55,668 nt of DNA, filler included, from Sphacelaria rigidula (GCA_964200075.2; 4 parts of 4 records of this genome joined end to end with filler, not necessarily neighbours in it); one strand, 5' to 3'; counted from the first letter of the whole stretch, positions 1 to 13,850 are shown. Notes: generated by a model not told the origin, from the sequence alone. Made by a program: numbers and translations.

Positions 1-230
1 TGAATGGGCTTCAGCATCCGGCAAGCATGATCATGCCTTGACCCCCCCCCCCCCTCCCCCACCTATCTTAGCGTGATGCAGCGTACCCTTCATGCGAGTC
101 GCTGAACATATCAGGGCGCGTCGCGCTTGGTGATATATTGCACGCCTTGTCCGCCGAGAACCCGGTGTGCTCTGTCCCGGTTTTGTAAGGACGCGAGGTC
201 AAAAATCAAACGACCCTGGCATGCAAGACT
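1..230. repeat. Copy of a dispersed/tandem non-coding repeat family that also occurs at 13780-13850, 13951-15030 and 41631-41700
   Basis: 85-230 aligns by eye with 14115-14265 (cgcgcttggtga...aacccggtgtgc...tcccggttttgtaaggacgcgaggtca...ggcatgcaaga). It shares the core ggatgcgwggtcaatggtc...gact..ggcaagca next to a poly-C run. Confidence 0.7.
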
Positions 231-1960
231 CTTGGATTCCTACTAGATCAAGGTCGTGTCCACTCACTTGTTGCGCTATCTCTTCTCGTTTGCGCTTGTC
301 CGTGGCGAATCCACACACATCCCACGATCCTATTCTCAACTTCTTTTCCGAATCATGATTTGCTTTCTTATTGTCTCCTCTCCCCTCCCCGTGTCTCTTA
401 CTTCTATTTTCACTTCCTTGGTTGTTCTGCCCCTTCCCGGTTTGGACTTTTGTCTACTTGTTACCGGGTGCTGTGTCTCCTCTCCTTTTTCCCTCCGGGC
501 ATTCACCTGTTCCTGCCTCTCTTTCCCTCGGTTTGCCGTGCACTGCGTCTGAGGTTGGTATCCCGTTAGCAATGCATACTCTCCATCGTACCTTTCTAAC
601 CCATACCGATACCTTACTTGTTTTTATCCTTTTCCACTCCTTGCTTGATCTCTGTTTTACTGTGACTCGGAAGTGTTCTCCCTCCCATTCTACGTTTCGT
701 GCTGCCAAACAGTATAATCCAAGTTCATCGCATTTCTTTTCAAACTCCACTCTCGTCATGTCGGTACGAACTCCGAATACCAGAACCACTAGTACCTTAC
801 CCGATCAAGCTTTACTCCACCATCCGCCCTTCCTTACCGTTTCTCTCTCTCGATCTCCTTCGAGATAACCTCCAGCTTCTTCATCTTTAGTGTATTGGTG
901 GGATATCTTTCATGTACTGGTCGCCCCGGTGGCTCAGTTTGTAACCTCGGGAACCTTCCGACGATTGGATCGTGGGTTCAATTCTCAGAGCGATCTGGAA
1001 TTTCTTCTCAAACAATGCCCAACAGTGGAAAGCGACTATGTCGTGGTTACACAAAATTCGACATCACGATCGACAAGGGAAAGGGATTGCTGAATCTCCC
1101 TCGCGATAAACAATAAAGGCAAGCACCGCAAAAGGAAGGTGGGATACTGAAAACAAACAAAAAATAAGAAGGTCCTGTGTTGACCTTCCTCCTGTGACCC
1201 TGGCTGGTGCGCCCACATATACCGAAAGAAGTAGACCGGTATCCAGAAGAGATGAGATGACAACACACACTGGGACATCCCAATCCTAGTACTCGTTGAG
1301 GATCTGGTTGCTTTCAGTTCTTTTGCTGGCTCACCGACACTGAATAATGCCTCGAACACGGGCTCGCAGCCTGAAACCAAGTTCAACATCTTTGACACAA
1401 GTACCCCACGTTTGTGGCAGGCGATCTTCACGGTAGAACATCCAGGTGTCCCGCGATCGTATCTTCTATCTTCTTGCCCCGCTGCTGTACTGGTTACCTT
1501 GTTCCAGGGAGGTGATTTTTTCCGTGTAAGGTTCAAGGACGGCTTGCATAACACAAGGTCTTTGTCACATCGGGTTGTCCCGTACATCACTCTTCCACCC
1601 CGTGTACGATTCACCATGGGTCGCTACTCCACTGGTGGTTCCGAGTAGGCCTTCGCTGCTGAAAGCTTGGCCAACGATTCCCTCACACTTTGTACCAGTT
1701 TCTATCCTTTACGGGTGTGGGGTGGGGTTTTCTCGGGGTGGGGGTGGGTTGTTCGGAAGATCAGAAACACAGTCAAATGCCTCGTCTCCAGGCGGAGGTA
1801 TCTGTGGTCTCTTGCCATATCTTTCTATTATTCCTTGCCTCTCATCGACCCGAATACCTGACCTGCTTCCTCCTCGGGCGTGTGCTTCTCGGGGGGAGAA
1901 GGGTTCTGACATTGGAGTCGGAAAGCTCTTGGAATTTGCCCAAATGCCTCTTGTTTTTTT
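226..1960 (-). mobile_element. 5' portion of a decayed non-LTR retrotransposon (LINE): 5' region, ORF1 remnant and start of the ORF2 APE endonuclease; cut off at ~226 by the repeat
   Basis: Minus strand 342-226 translates as KLRIGSWDVCGFATDKRKREEIAQQVSGHDLDLVGIQES, matching the N-terminal motifs of LINE apurinic endonucleases (W-N-V-x-G ... D-x-V-G-I-Q-E). Upstream, ORF 454..789 (VLVFGVRTDMTRVEFEKKC...) is ORF1-like. The 5' boundary (~1960) is approximate. Confidence 0.75.
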
Positions 1961-3111
1961 CTAAAACAAAAACAGATTCATGGATTGAGAAGAACCCAAC
2001 ATGGGACGTACTTTTCTTCGATTATCAATGTTTTCCCTTTGGTTTCAAATGCGATGACCAACCCGTTGATTTCAAAATATATTGCGGCAAAAGCTCCCTC
2101 TCCTCACTGCTTCTAAATGCCCCCTGAAGAGCGAAATTTCATACGATACCATGCGTTTTGTCAACTCTCTCAGTAACATTCCACAAAAAAGTACCGTTCA
2201 CTTTGTGAAGCTCCTCAGTGACCCTCTCCCCCGCCTTCACCTACATATACACCAGTGCTTCCGTGAGTGACCAAACACACTTTCTGCTAGGCCCATACGA
2301 TGCGACGAGGGCGGGGCTTCCCGACATTGGCTATATTCACAATGGGGGTGTAATTTTGGCTCAAAGTGTTGCAATTCCTTCCTCTTCCCCCCAATATCCT
2401 CCACTATCGACATTGCTCGACACCACCGTCCCCACTGTTGGTCCACATCCCAACTCGTTTTTCGTCGACATTAATGACGAAAAACAAACGAAATACGAAC
2501 TGTCTTACACGGCGCGGGGCACTACCGTACCACGCGAGAGCAAGACGGCACCGAGCCTTGCTGCTCAACACGACGGCCAGATTGATATGCTGACGTTCAG
2601 AGAGAGACATGGAAATGATGAAAGCAATCACTGTACTCTACTAGTTTTCGTCACCAAGCTTTTGCTGACCGAGCTATATCACACACATCAGGTTCGATCA
2701 ACACCGACAAGCACCGGTGGACACACGAAACGACCCTGCGCAATAGTATTCAACATCCGCTGGAGCTCAACGCTGTGTTGACAACAAAGGTATCCATTAC
2801 AAGTGTGCGTGCACAATCCTCGCACGCCCCAAGTTGCGTGCAAATCAGGGAGCTGCCTCCGATATTCTTCCATCCACGACAAACAGGAACGCGGGCGGAG
2901 AACGGGGCACGCACGGCTGCAGTTCAAAACAATCAGGCTGTCGCCCACAAGCCCTTGAAGGGTCTTTGTCATGCTTGGTGGTGAAACATATACCAACACC
3001 AATAGAGGACGAGGGAAGAAACCACACCTAGCTACCCTGCCTAGTCTACAACTCATGGAGAATGCGCGTCACTCCGATGAAGCATGTGTGGAGTGAACAC
3101 CGGACACTCAC

Positions 3112-3183
3112 CTGTCAGCTTGTTGTCGTCCAACGATAGCTCCTCCAGCGCCCCAAGCTGGCTCAGCTCGGCGGGTAGCTCAC
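3112..3183 (-). CDS. LRR gene exon, one 24-aa LRR
   Basis: aagcag|GT GAG...ACA G|gtgagt, exactly 72 nt: GELPAELSQLGALEELSLDDNKLT. Confidence 0.9.
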
Positions 3184-6100
3184 CTGCTTGTTCACACAAC
3201 GGAGCAACCGATGGAATTGGCCAACATTTCTACGCAAAAAGGAACCAATCATCAAGTACGAACTACGTGCCGGGTACATGCCGTGACTGGATGGCAACAC
3301 AGATACATGTCTGCTCCTGTGCATACAATCGACGTTGTACCAGGGGCAGGTGACTTTGGTCCTCGGTAGAGACATTCGCCGACAACGTCAATAGAAACGT
3401 ATAGATATTCAGAGGACTTGGGGCTGGGGGAAAGATCGATGCCAACTACTCTATATTCTAGCTTGGAGGGTACTAACTGCTTCAGCTTCGTTTTCAGCTG
3501 GGCGAATCTAGTCCTGAAGGAGCTTACATCCGTTCCTTGACTGGAGTCGGAACCCTGAAATGATACGACACGACAACAGATGATAAGCCTTATTTTTGAC
3601 GTTCGGGGTGAGGGCGGGGAAGGGGGACCGCATACCTCGCAACGGCTCTAGTTCCGTCGCTGGTACTCTTCTTGAAATGTCCAATTTGGTTTCATTCATT
3701 GATTGTCGCCTTTCAACTGACTCCCCAGGGACCCAGCCATGGTCACATCATAGACTTGACCCGAGACAAAACAAAACTGACACTCTCGCGCAAGGGTACA
3801 TAAAGAACAGAAACGGTAAAACAGAACAACAGACTAGACCCGCGTAATAACGAAGAAACGAAGAAGGAAGGAAATATAAGGCCGGCCTCCGCCACAAGGC
3901 TACGGTGAAAAAGGTCTCGCGCAGAACCATATTGCTGCGTAGGAAAGAAATGTGTGCGTACCACGATTCGCGTGTGCTACAGGAAATAATACAGCAAGAC
4001 TGACTACGAACAAACGGATTTGAGGAAACAAAATGATACTCTGAACGATCTACTCAAGCACCTTTGCTGCGGACCACCAGACGCGTGCGAGGGCTGTAAC
4101 GACAACATCGCACGAGGAGATGACCGGTCGATTGGTAAACAAAATCACCCACCGAGCAGTGGTGGGTGGCTGGAAAGCTCACCATGACAACATGTCGATA
4201 CAAATGAAGAAAAAAATATGAAAAACACTAGGAACAACATGTTAAAACCAACGACCCGACGTCCATTACGAGACACGGCTAAGTTCCCCGAAAGTGGCCG
4301 TGGATCACAGGGATGCGCCTCCTCTGCACCAACTCGTTTGTACACTGGCATACTCTTCCAGTGCTCACATGCTGCGTTGAAACGCACGGCCTCGGACAAA
4401 ACTCCCAACACACAAGCGGATTAAACATACTGCGGGGGCTGTGGTACAGTACAAAACACACCATACAGTTGTGTAGAATAATACCATCCCACGGAACGTA
4501 CTGCAGGAAGCCTTGCATGACGCTCACACATCCCCATATATCCGGCAGATACAGTAGGATGATTCGACCAACATGGGGATACATCCCAAGTTTCTTCCGT
4601 TGAATCATGACGTACTGTGGTTCGACTCAAATAGAGCGGCTGGTACACAACGTTCGCAACATGGCCCACAAACGTGGCCATTGCAGACGAAAGGGCGTTG
4701 AACTCCGCTGCTGTAACCCGTGCGATCCAGCACATATAACACGTACGGCACGATACCTGAACCATGTACCTCAAATTTCCATAGCTGTATCTGTGCTTGC
4801 ATCGTGCGTACGAGCGACGACGGGACAGTCAAATATCAAACCGACACGTGACGGTCGTCGACAGATCTGCTCTTAATACCAGGCACATACACAACAAACC
4901 TGCGAGGCAACACGGCCTTTGTCGCTGGACTTACTCGGTTTTTGACTCACCAGTTAGATTGTTCCCGCTCAGGTGGAGCTTCCGGAGACGACCGAGGCGA
5001 GCCAACTCCCGCGGGATATCGCCTGACCAGGGGAGGGGATCATACCAAGCACAGATCTCAACCGCATTACGTACGGTCACCCATGAACAGTGTCATGGCG
5101 ACTTCGGTGCGAATATAAAGCAGACCACGTGTCGATCAAGTGCCGAACACGCCATCCGCAAAAAGCGGGACCAGCGGATTTCGGTATCGCCACACCTACG
5201 GGCGACACGGGTCGCGATCAATCGTGGTCACAAACATGTCCTCGTGTTCACACGGAAACATCACTACCGTCAGCCGCAATATCGCAATTGACACAGACCT
5301 CATACAGCAGGGAGATTTCCCAGTTAGGAGACACCGAGTCGACATATAGAACGTGCGATATGTATCTGCCCCAAACAACCGTAAATGGCACACCCGAGGC
5401 ACAGCAAGTGCACACCAGCATCATAGGGGAAGATGTCGTTGATGGCGGGTTCAAGCCACATTTGTCCTTCCATGTCAACGTCATTGTGTGGTGTGCCGTT
5501 GTGGATGCGCTGTGCTTTGTAGTAGAGTCAGGGTACGTATCCCATGCCTACCGGTGGATTGATGAATGAGTGGCCGCGAACGTTTCCGCCGGGTTTTGTG
5601 AACATTTAGAATGACAAAAATGTCTACGGACGGAAGCACTACAAGAGCCAGTCCACTGCCATGTTGTTCTTCCTCCTTTATACTTGCAAGCGTTCCCCTT
5701 ACTCCACACCAGCTTGTATCATTCCCGAGCCACCTCACGTCTTACATGGTCGATACATTCCTATCGCGGGTTGGATCAACACTCCCGCACCGCGTCACCT
5801 TTCGACAGCAACCCCCGCTACTCACGAGGGCACGGTTTCAAGGATAGGTATCATGTACCCCTCGTAGAGCAAAGTCATGTATGAGGGTACAGCATGGATA
5901 TCAACCCTTTCCCTCCCGCCTTGACATCGTAGCAACTTGACTCGAGGAATCAAACATACATCGATCGTAGAACAACCCCTGTCCCTACATGTCGCATCCG
6001 AGCTTCCATAAACACACGCATGAAATAGAACACATATTGAAATTGATATATATCCATGATCACTACGCCACCCTGTGCGTGCCATATATCCCTCGAGCAA

Positions 6101-9100
6101 AATAATCAGATATCAAAGGACCAAAGAAGCAACAAACATCAAATGCCGCGATCATAAGTCTCGTAATCAGATAAAAATATATACTTTGTTTTCTAAAATT
6201 TTCGGAAACCCTTACCCGAAACGTCGAACTTGCACCCGACACGTCTTCTTTCAAGTCTTGACTCTACCTCAATTTCGATGCGGCTGGTTCAGTCACGACT
6301 TGTTCATGGCTTGTATCATAGATTTTCCCGAGAAGGAAGACTGAATAACACGTTATGCTCGAGACCCAAAATAAGAAATGAAAGGAATCCTTCATCTCAG
6401 GGGATAGACTGCTCTCTTCCCCGGTACAGTACGCATCTTCCAGATTGATTGTGTCGAGAAGTGGATCGGCACTTTCAAAGCCCTCGATCGGCACTTCCGA
6501 AGCCCGTGCCTCGCTCGTTCCTTGATCATCATTCACTTTCCCAGAGCTTTCAAGATGAAAACGAGTCGAATGAATCATCAATTACTGTCAGGATTCGGAC
6601 TTTGTATATTCTCTTCCCCGGCTAGATTGAAACACGAGCCACCACTTACATCACCGGGACGGGGCGACCATCACAAAAACCAGTATACAGTTCAAAACGT
6701 TAATATGATCAACCAAGAACAAAAATATCAGCAGTGGACAAACTACTCGTGGGGGTGGGTGGGGGGAGGGGTCGACATACTCAGTGCCCCACAGCCAATT
6801 TGCTGGCGACGAAACTTCCGACACGACTAACGGATTCTTTTGGTGGATTCTTAGACATAAATAAACCACGAACACAGTCGGGCAAAAAAACGCGAACGCC
6901 ACTTTACTTTAGTGTAAAAGGAAACGAGGTGAGGAAGGACGAACCCTTCAGAGCACAACGAAAGAAGGAAATAAGGAGACAGGACGAAAAAACCAAACGT
7001 AGGCTGGCATCTCGAAGAAGTACGATCAGATCCCTGCTACATGGCCGAGTGAGCGGGGTCGTACAGAAATACAGAGTGTTGAATCAGGTTGTGACTCAGC
7101 TGTCTAGACACCACACTTCGCGGGTAGAAAGGTTTACACCCGCAAACTCTGCAAGAGAGAAACATGAACGAATAATGAGTAGGACCCCAAGGAATATATG
7201 ATACAGAAAATAAAAAAGCGGAGAAAAGAGGGCACCCGGGATCAAACTCAAGCATGAAATCGGGAAATCGCCTAATTCACCAGCAAGGAAGTCCACAACC
7301 GTCAGGACCGGACAGGAGTATGTATCAGTTTCCGTTAAGCATGCCCCAATATTAACGTTTTGATTGGTTGGTGCACACTGACTGGTCCTCTACGGATACA
7401 GACATGGTCAGACGTTGGACGGACCCGAACGGAGTAAACTCAACGACAAACAGAAGACACACACACACCAGGAGGAAAATAAACAGGAAGGAACGGGAAG
7501 GAGGAGGGGGAAAGCGATGATCCCATGATAATCTAAAATAGGACTGGTCCCGCTAAAAACATTGAAGTAAGAAGGAGAATGCCCGCTGTTTCAAAAACAT
7601 TGAAGTAAGAAGGAGAATACCCGCTGTTTCTGAATGAGGTCGTAAAAAATCAACTAAACCAAAATCAACGAAACGGGGAAAGAATCAAGGCTGTGGACGC
7701 ACGTTGCGAGCTGTCTGGAAACACTGTTCAGCACGACTTCGCAAACGAAAGGTGCACGGGCGCAAAATGCGTCTTGGTATCAACGCGGTTGAGACATATG
7801 TCAACGCCGGTACCTTCAACGTGCCATGATGGTAAGCGAAGTCTGCACCTGTATAATTTGCAAGCGTGTATTCGTGTACGGCTGGACCAATCAGTGGCCT
7901 TTAAAGTGTATGAAAGGCTGTGTCGAACGACCGCATTGGAGAGAGCTGCCTTGACTGACCTACCGAACCGGATGCAACGTAGTCGCGAATACCGCGAAAC
8001 TCAAAACACAGTCAGCAATCACGCGAAGAGCAAGGTCGTGCTATTAATATACTGAATTTTGCTTCTCATTGTCAAGCAGCAACTTTCGAAACGGAAATGA
8101 AGAACGTAGGATCGAAAAATGACATTCAATCGAACAAAAAGCACAATTTCTTCGGGCACTGTACCAGTCGGTCCGATTAGACGAACCACGGTGTCTTCAC
8201 CAGACTGCCCCCTACAGCGCTCACAACGTATACATCGGAATGTCACAAAAAATGTTGCACTCGAGATATGAACAAACGGAAAGATCGGTACAGGCCTCGT
8301 GGTACGTGGAGGTCAGTTATTCCGGAGCAATTGTCATGCCCGTGCCCGTTATATCTCGATCTCGGAGGCCGAGTACAAGAGACTTTACCATGTTCACGCC
8401 CCTGGTCCCTTCAACGCACGCATGAATGAAAAGTTGCAACCATCACCTTCACATATCTAAGCATTGCCAGTTAATATGCAGCATTTCTGGGGAGAGACGA
8501 TAACAGTAACTTCGTCTGGACTCTCACCCGTCAACTGGCTCCAAGACAGGTTTAATTCCTCGACAGCACCCAGCTCGCCGAGTGTCGCCGGCAGTGAACC
8601 TGCACATCACGAAGGCGAGTCGCGTATGGAGCTGCGTTCAGACATCCAGGTACAACACACTTCTAGCAACGCTCCATAGTCATCTGTGGCGAACGTAAAT
8701 CCAGTCAGAGGGGATTCAATCTTACGCACGTGGAGGCTTCTCAGCACCCCACGAATAGCGGGATCGAGCACGTCCTCACAAATTGTGCGCTATATATCTG
8801 TGCCGAACGACGTGGCGTGTGAGTACCTCAGAGTGTGCGTATTCAGGAGAACTATCGAGTAGTTACATTGAGGCATTGAAGCTAACATGGACGACAGTAT
8901 GAGAGTGGACGAGTAGAACGAAATGGTGGAGCCCTGCACGAAGCCCCCATTAGGTACGAAAACCGACCCGGTGCTCAGCTTTCCGCGGTGGGGAGGTCAA
9001 ACTTGTTTCCATCCAAGTCCATATGAGGCTAACACTTCATGGTGGCCTGCAAGTGTTGTGGTGGTTCGGACATGAAGCGTGTGGAACCTTCTCTGGTTAC

Positions 9101-10638
9101 GCCGGCGTGGGTTTTTTGTTACGTTGGATGCCGATCCCCCTGAGACGGACCCCAGATCAACCATTGGGAATAATGTGCAAAAGTAATAGGCGTCAGTTGG
9201 AAAACACTCGTGAGTCAGGGGTTGGCCACCACGGGATCCACGGTACAGAGCCCTTATAGGTGCTACTCTGAAACAGATGGAAGCTGCACAGCTTTTGTGG
9301 TGTAGTCGGGGTCATCGACGTCGAAGGTTAGCAGCTAAATTTGTTCGGAAAAACACATCTGTCGCCCAAGCGATTAAGCGATATCCGGGAGCGACCGATA
9401 AGCAAATAGTTCGACAACGCTTCTGCCTCGAACCCTGGTCGCTGTTTTGCAACTTTTCCCAAACCTCTAGCGCCCGTGCGATCGCACATTCATAGCCCAA
9501 AAAGCCAGAATACTAGGGAAAATAACTTACATGCCCACGAACAGGATAACACGGCACAAAGCCCCGAGAGGCGAGGTTCTACAAACACGTCGGCGGGAGA
9601 GAAAACACAGCAAACACAAAAGTACATGTGCGGTTTCGAAGGACGAACCAAAATGAGAAACATCATCGGTTACATGGCCCTCGGGCCGTGACAGGTCGAA
9701 AGCCAAAATACGGAAATTACGCAGGTCGGCATACCGAGGAAGTCAGGACAGGGGAAGCCAAGCCAAGGGAAGACACCCCGACAGAGCCAAAGCATGATAG
9801 GATTGAGCAATGACACGAAACACGTACAATACTGGTGTAACTTTGTTGACTCGACTTCATCTCTAGACGCCTTTTGGATAACCCACGATGGAGCGATTTT
9901 GAGCGTCATCCTGTATGTGAAATCTGTCGGTTACCAGAGCCCTGTACATGGGCGACGCGGTTTTAAATGACTCGGTCCAAGACGTACACCCTGCAACGCA
10001 TCACTCATGCAACCTCTTCGGACATTCCGGCGAGAGAGTCCCAACAGCACTGCAGAATCCATATATATATATATATATATGTGTGTGTCAAATGTGTAAA
10101 AAACAGATAGAGCAGGTCGCTCGCGTCTACGTACGCCAACCGAACGCCAGTCACCAATTATCTACTAGACCTTGTCAATGATTACACCATCGACTCACAG
10201 GGAGCAACGGCGAAATATCAACATAACTGCACCCACCCGATCCCACGTCGTTCCGCATGCTCGGCCTATCGATGACCTAATCCCGACTCATCCACGACAC
10301 GGTCTGAATGCGCGTGATAAAAAGGTTCATCGTGGCTTTCCAAAACTAACAAGGAAAGTATTGGCAAGGGTCAGCCGATATCACAACCTGCATGACTTCA
10401 CCATGCCATGTTCGTTGTATTCGCTCACCCGCCACCTTGTTGTATTCCACATTTCCACCACACGCTCCACCAGATAGATCCAGCCTGATGACACGCCCCT
10501 CCGCATTCACGGTAACGCCAGACCAATGCGATAGGTCCTCACATGTTTTCCAGTTTCTACGAGTCCTTTCGAGCCACTCGGGACCGCCATTGGTGTCGTA
10601 AAACTCGCCAAGCACCAAGCGATCATTTGTCGCGGACC
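3112..10638 (-). CDS. Multi-exon leucine-rich-repeat protein gene, partial: N-cap exon plus at least three single-LRR exons
   Basis: Exons 10638-10429, 8599-8528, 5022-4951 and 3183-3112 all have ag/gt boundaries and phase 1-1, and splice in frame. First and last exons were not identified. Confidence 0.85.
4951..5022 (-). CDS. LRR gene exon, one 24-aa LRR
   Basis: ggtcag|GC GAT...ACT G|gtgagt, exactly 72 nt: GDIPRELARLGRLRKLHLSGNNLT. Confidence 0.9.
7555..7630. repeat. 38-bp tandem duplication (2 copies, 1 mismatch)
   Basis: aaaaacattgaagtaagaaggagaat(g/a)cccgctgtttc at 7555-7592 and 7593-7630. Confidence 0.9.
8528..8599 (-). CDS. LRR gene exon, one 24-aa LRR
   Basis: gtgcag|GT TCA...ACG G|gtgaga, exactly 72 nt: GSLPATLGELGAVEELNLSWSQLT. 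Confidence 0.88.
10061..10088. repeat. (AT)n(GT)n compound microsatellite
   Basis: Directly visible. A similar (AT)n tract lies at ~16474-16503. Confidence 0.85.
10429..10638 (-). CDS. LRR gene exon: LRR N-terminal cap
   Basis: gtgcag|GG TCC...GCG G|gtgagc, 210 nt. Translates as SATNDRLVLGEFYDTNGGPEWLERTRRNWKTCEDLSHWSGVTVNAEGRVIRLDLS...; the DRxxLxxxYxxxxGxxW...NW...W.GV...GRV..LDL pattern is the typical stramenopile/plant-type LRR N-cap. Confidence 0.9.
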
Positions 10639-12399
10639 CTGCACAGCGACATGAGAAGCGATCACACCATTATCGACCAGAAGCTTAGATAGCAGTCAGC
10701 AAGTGGCTTAAACGTATGAGGAGAACCGACTTTCAAACAACTGGGACAAAACGTATTATGCACAATAGTGAATATGGAAACCAGAACCAAGTGACCACAA
10801 AGTGAAGAGATAAGCCGTGCGAATGACGCTCCAGTCACTTGCAGCAGTCAGCGTACGTACAACAATCCTGTCGTGAGAAAGGGAAGTCTAGAGTTGATTG
10901 GGGTTCATTATTGGTTCCAACTTGACTATTTTTATATTCTGTGTGTTCTTTCCTTTTGCCTGTAGAACTGTCGTATGTTTACAGCTACACGTTGATATCG
11001 TACTTGGATATGTCAAAGACTTCAGTGGCAAGCTTCTACAGAAAGCGTATCGAGCCTCGGAGGGGCATTTCGGATATGAAACTATTTCATTTGTTAATTG
11101 GCCACTTCCCACTCCCAGGCGTATCCTAGACTCCAAACCTCACCAAAACATCGTCGTACCTCATGTGTGGAAAAGCGTGCTATTCTCAAGACTCTCAGTG
11201 CACGCAGCGACGAGAAGATTGACATTAACATCAATACGAAGAAAAGCAGTCCCAGATTTTTCCTCTCTCTCCATGTACGTGCACAGTCGGTGTTGCACTC
11301 CTCTCCTTAAAACTACAACAACGCATACTGCTCAACAGGGTAAGATACAGCAAGGTGGACACACTGCACGTTGGGTAATAGCTGCTGTGGAGCCCTCAGA
11401 CTCTGGCAGTATCTGGTAGCAAATGGGTGTCGACGAGGATAGCCGGTGCACAGTGGTCTCTGCCAGCCTGATATATCGGACTTCTACAAGAAATGCATTT
11501 GTTTGGGGCAAGCACTCCAGTACAGGATTTACAAAAATGAGTCACCATCATTCATTTCTTTCATTGATTTTTAAAGATCTTAGACCACACCGATTCCACT
11601 CAGAACAACCACGTCAGAGACAAAAAAGTAAATACAACATGGTTCCCTTTGATCCAGGGGCTGCAACGACCAACTGTGACGGCGTATCCTCGGCCTTCCC
11701 CTGGCACGGGATATTCAATCGAAAGTAGCAGAATATAGGGTGCTTCCATTGGCTCACTGCTGTGAGCTGCAACCACACTGCTTCTGATTCTTCGAGCCCT
11801 GTGAAGCTTCCAATGCTCGCTCACAATCGAACACATGGGCACTTATCAAACACGCCGGGAAAATGTTTCGTTGGACGTCACAACGTCCACGGACTGCGAA
11901 ATTATAGCGACTGCTTGATGTTTGAGGGTGTGACACCCTCAACAGACGAGCATACACCCACAGCATGGTCATCTGACATGGACTGAGATGCACTACCCCG
12001 CCGGCTAGTGGTATTTCTCATTTTGGTCCTGACACTTCAACCATAGGTTGCATTGGCACAATGTACTGTTTCCTCTACTCGTGGTCTTTGCCGCCCGCCT
12101 GGCTCCTGCTCTGTTGTCAGCATACCTTCGCACTGTATCTATTTAGTTGTCGTGGAACACCAAGCGGAGATATCAGCAGCCTGCAGTAGACTGCGTTCAG
12201 TGGAAAGCGATTGCACGCTGACTTTGTTTTGCCGTTGTATCCGGCGGAGACATACAGCGCACACACTGACTCTACACGCATTTGACGGCAGCGGAAAGAA
12301 CGCTCAGGCGTTTCCCGGGACTGTTTTCGATACAGATGCCCAACATCCACATGTTTATGAAAAAACCCGAATTGCGTAGCGAGAAACGACATGTTGTGA

Positions 12400-12807
12400 G
12401 GCTGCTTCTTAATAATGGAGAGAAAAAAAAGGGAGAGTTTGACGCCTTGGAATGACTTGGGCTACTCGTTGAGACGGTTCCAGGTCATCTTCACGTTTGC
12501 TGGTAGCCGCAGGTTTGTTTTTTTCAAAATTATATTTTTGTCCAATGTCAAAAACGGTCAAACCTAGAACAAACTGCCATTTTCCTCTGGACTTCCAGTC
12601 TCTGGAGAAAAATGCTTGTTTGGGCAAAATAAAGATGCGGCCGCCGGAAAACGCGACGATGTCCTGGAACGGTCTCAACAAGTAGAGCAAGTCGTTCCAA
12701 GGTGTCAAATTCTGCCTAGTTCCCTTCCAGAGCCAAAAACTACGACCTTCAAGAAGGACCAAAAAAACATATACAGGAGATTATTTTGCTTCCCATAAGG
12801 AGCGGCC
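12400..12807. mobile_element. Older, diverged copy of a palindromic PIF/Harbinger-type (Tourist-like) MITE
   Basis: Starts ggctgcttcttaat and ends ataaggagcggcc. Internal arms (ccttggaatgacttg...gttccagg / cctggaac...caagtcgttccaagg) match the 14527-14987 element. Flanks tga/tgg are consistent with a decayed 3-bp TSD. Confidence 0.75.
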
Positions 12808-13779
12808 TGGACCCCAAGTGTGGTATAGTTCATGTGAGTTCATCTTAAGGGGGTTCGCCGAATTAGGGTTGAGAGCTCAAACTTCAAAGCTAAACCTGGC
12901 CTTCGCGAAGCCCAACTTCCTCCAATTGGACATAAATTACGTGCACCCCTAGCTAATTCGATAGCGTGCATGAAGTAATCCTATGACGGGGGGGGGGGGG
13001 GGAGGGGGGGGCACTTCTTTCACGAAAGCAGCGGCAGTTGTTCAAACGCGGTTGTTACCCAAAAATACACTACTTCATGCTGCTCGACACCATTTTCCCC
13101 CACATACAAGAGCACCGTGAACGTTTTAGGCCGTCTGAAACACCCATAAGCCTTTTTCGAATAATCAAACACCCCCCACCCCCTTCACCCTCATCGTATG
13201 ATCACTCGGATGCGATTTTCGGGTTGACGTTATTTGCAAAAATTGTTTTCGAATACCCCGAGTCGGCAATGTTGGAATTGAGTTTATCATTTTTCAATGG
13301 AGTTGCAAAATGTGTTTTTTTTGTTCGGCGTCTCTAACTTTCCAATCGAAGTACTCGTATGTAAGCCTCTTTTTCTCGATTCAAGTCGGATTTAGACCGC
13401 AAGACTCTGGCCATCATCCATTTCGCCTTCAATAGGGAAGGCAAGCGGTTTCTCGTCGATATCAATTTAACGTCACAATATAGGTTTTGATTGTGACCCG
13501 TCACAATCATCAATATGAGGCTGTGAGCCCTATATTCCTAGCCCTAACGCAAACCCATATACCGTACCAGGCCAGGTATAATCCTTGGTTGACGTTGCTT
13601 GAATGGTAGGTGCTAGGTATTTGTGCATTGGATATGTGCGATAGTAGATCGGTGAACATGTGTCAAGCTGGCCGGCCGTCGCGGACTGGTCCGGGGGTAT
13701 CTCATGTCTTGTTTGTGGATACGGCCCTTCATACCAGGGGTCTATCGGGAGAAGGTTTTCGGACACGTACCCCGCCTCC

Positions 13780-13850
13780 TCCCCCCCCCCCCGGTGCTCC
13801 GTCTCGAAAGGGATGCGTGGTCAATGGTCAAATGACTAAGGCAAGCAACA
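13780..13850. repeat. Repeat-family copy at the end of contig 1
   Basis: poly-C then tgctccgtctcgaaagggatgcgtggtcaatggtcaaatgactaaggcaagcaaca; near-identical reverse complement at 41631-41700. Confidence 0.8.

Noticed and set aside
6264-6581. Acidic 105-aa ORF, and the open frame at ~3230-3555, as extra LRR-gene exons
   Set aside because: No LRR pattern, and no phase-1 splice pair that I could support.
3112-10638. Calling the LRR gene a ROCO GTPase or receptor kinase
   Set aside because: No ROC, COR, kinase or TM exon was found in the contig.
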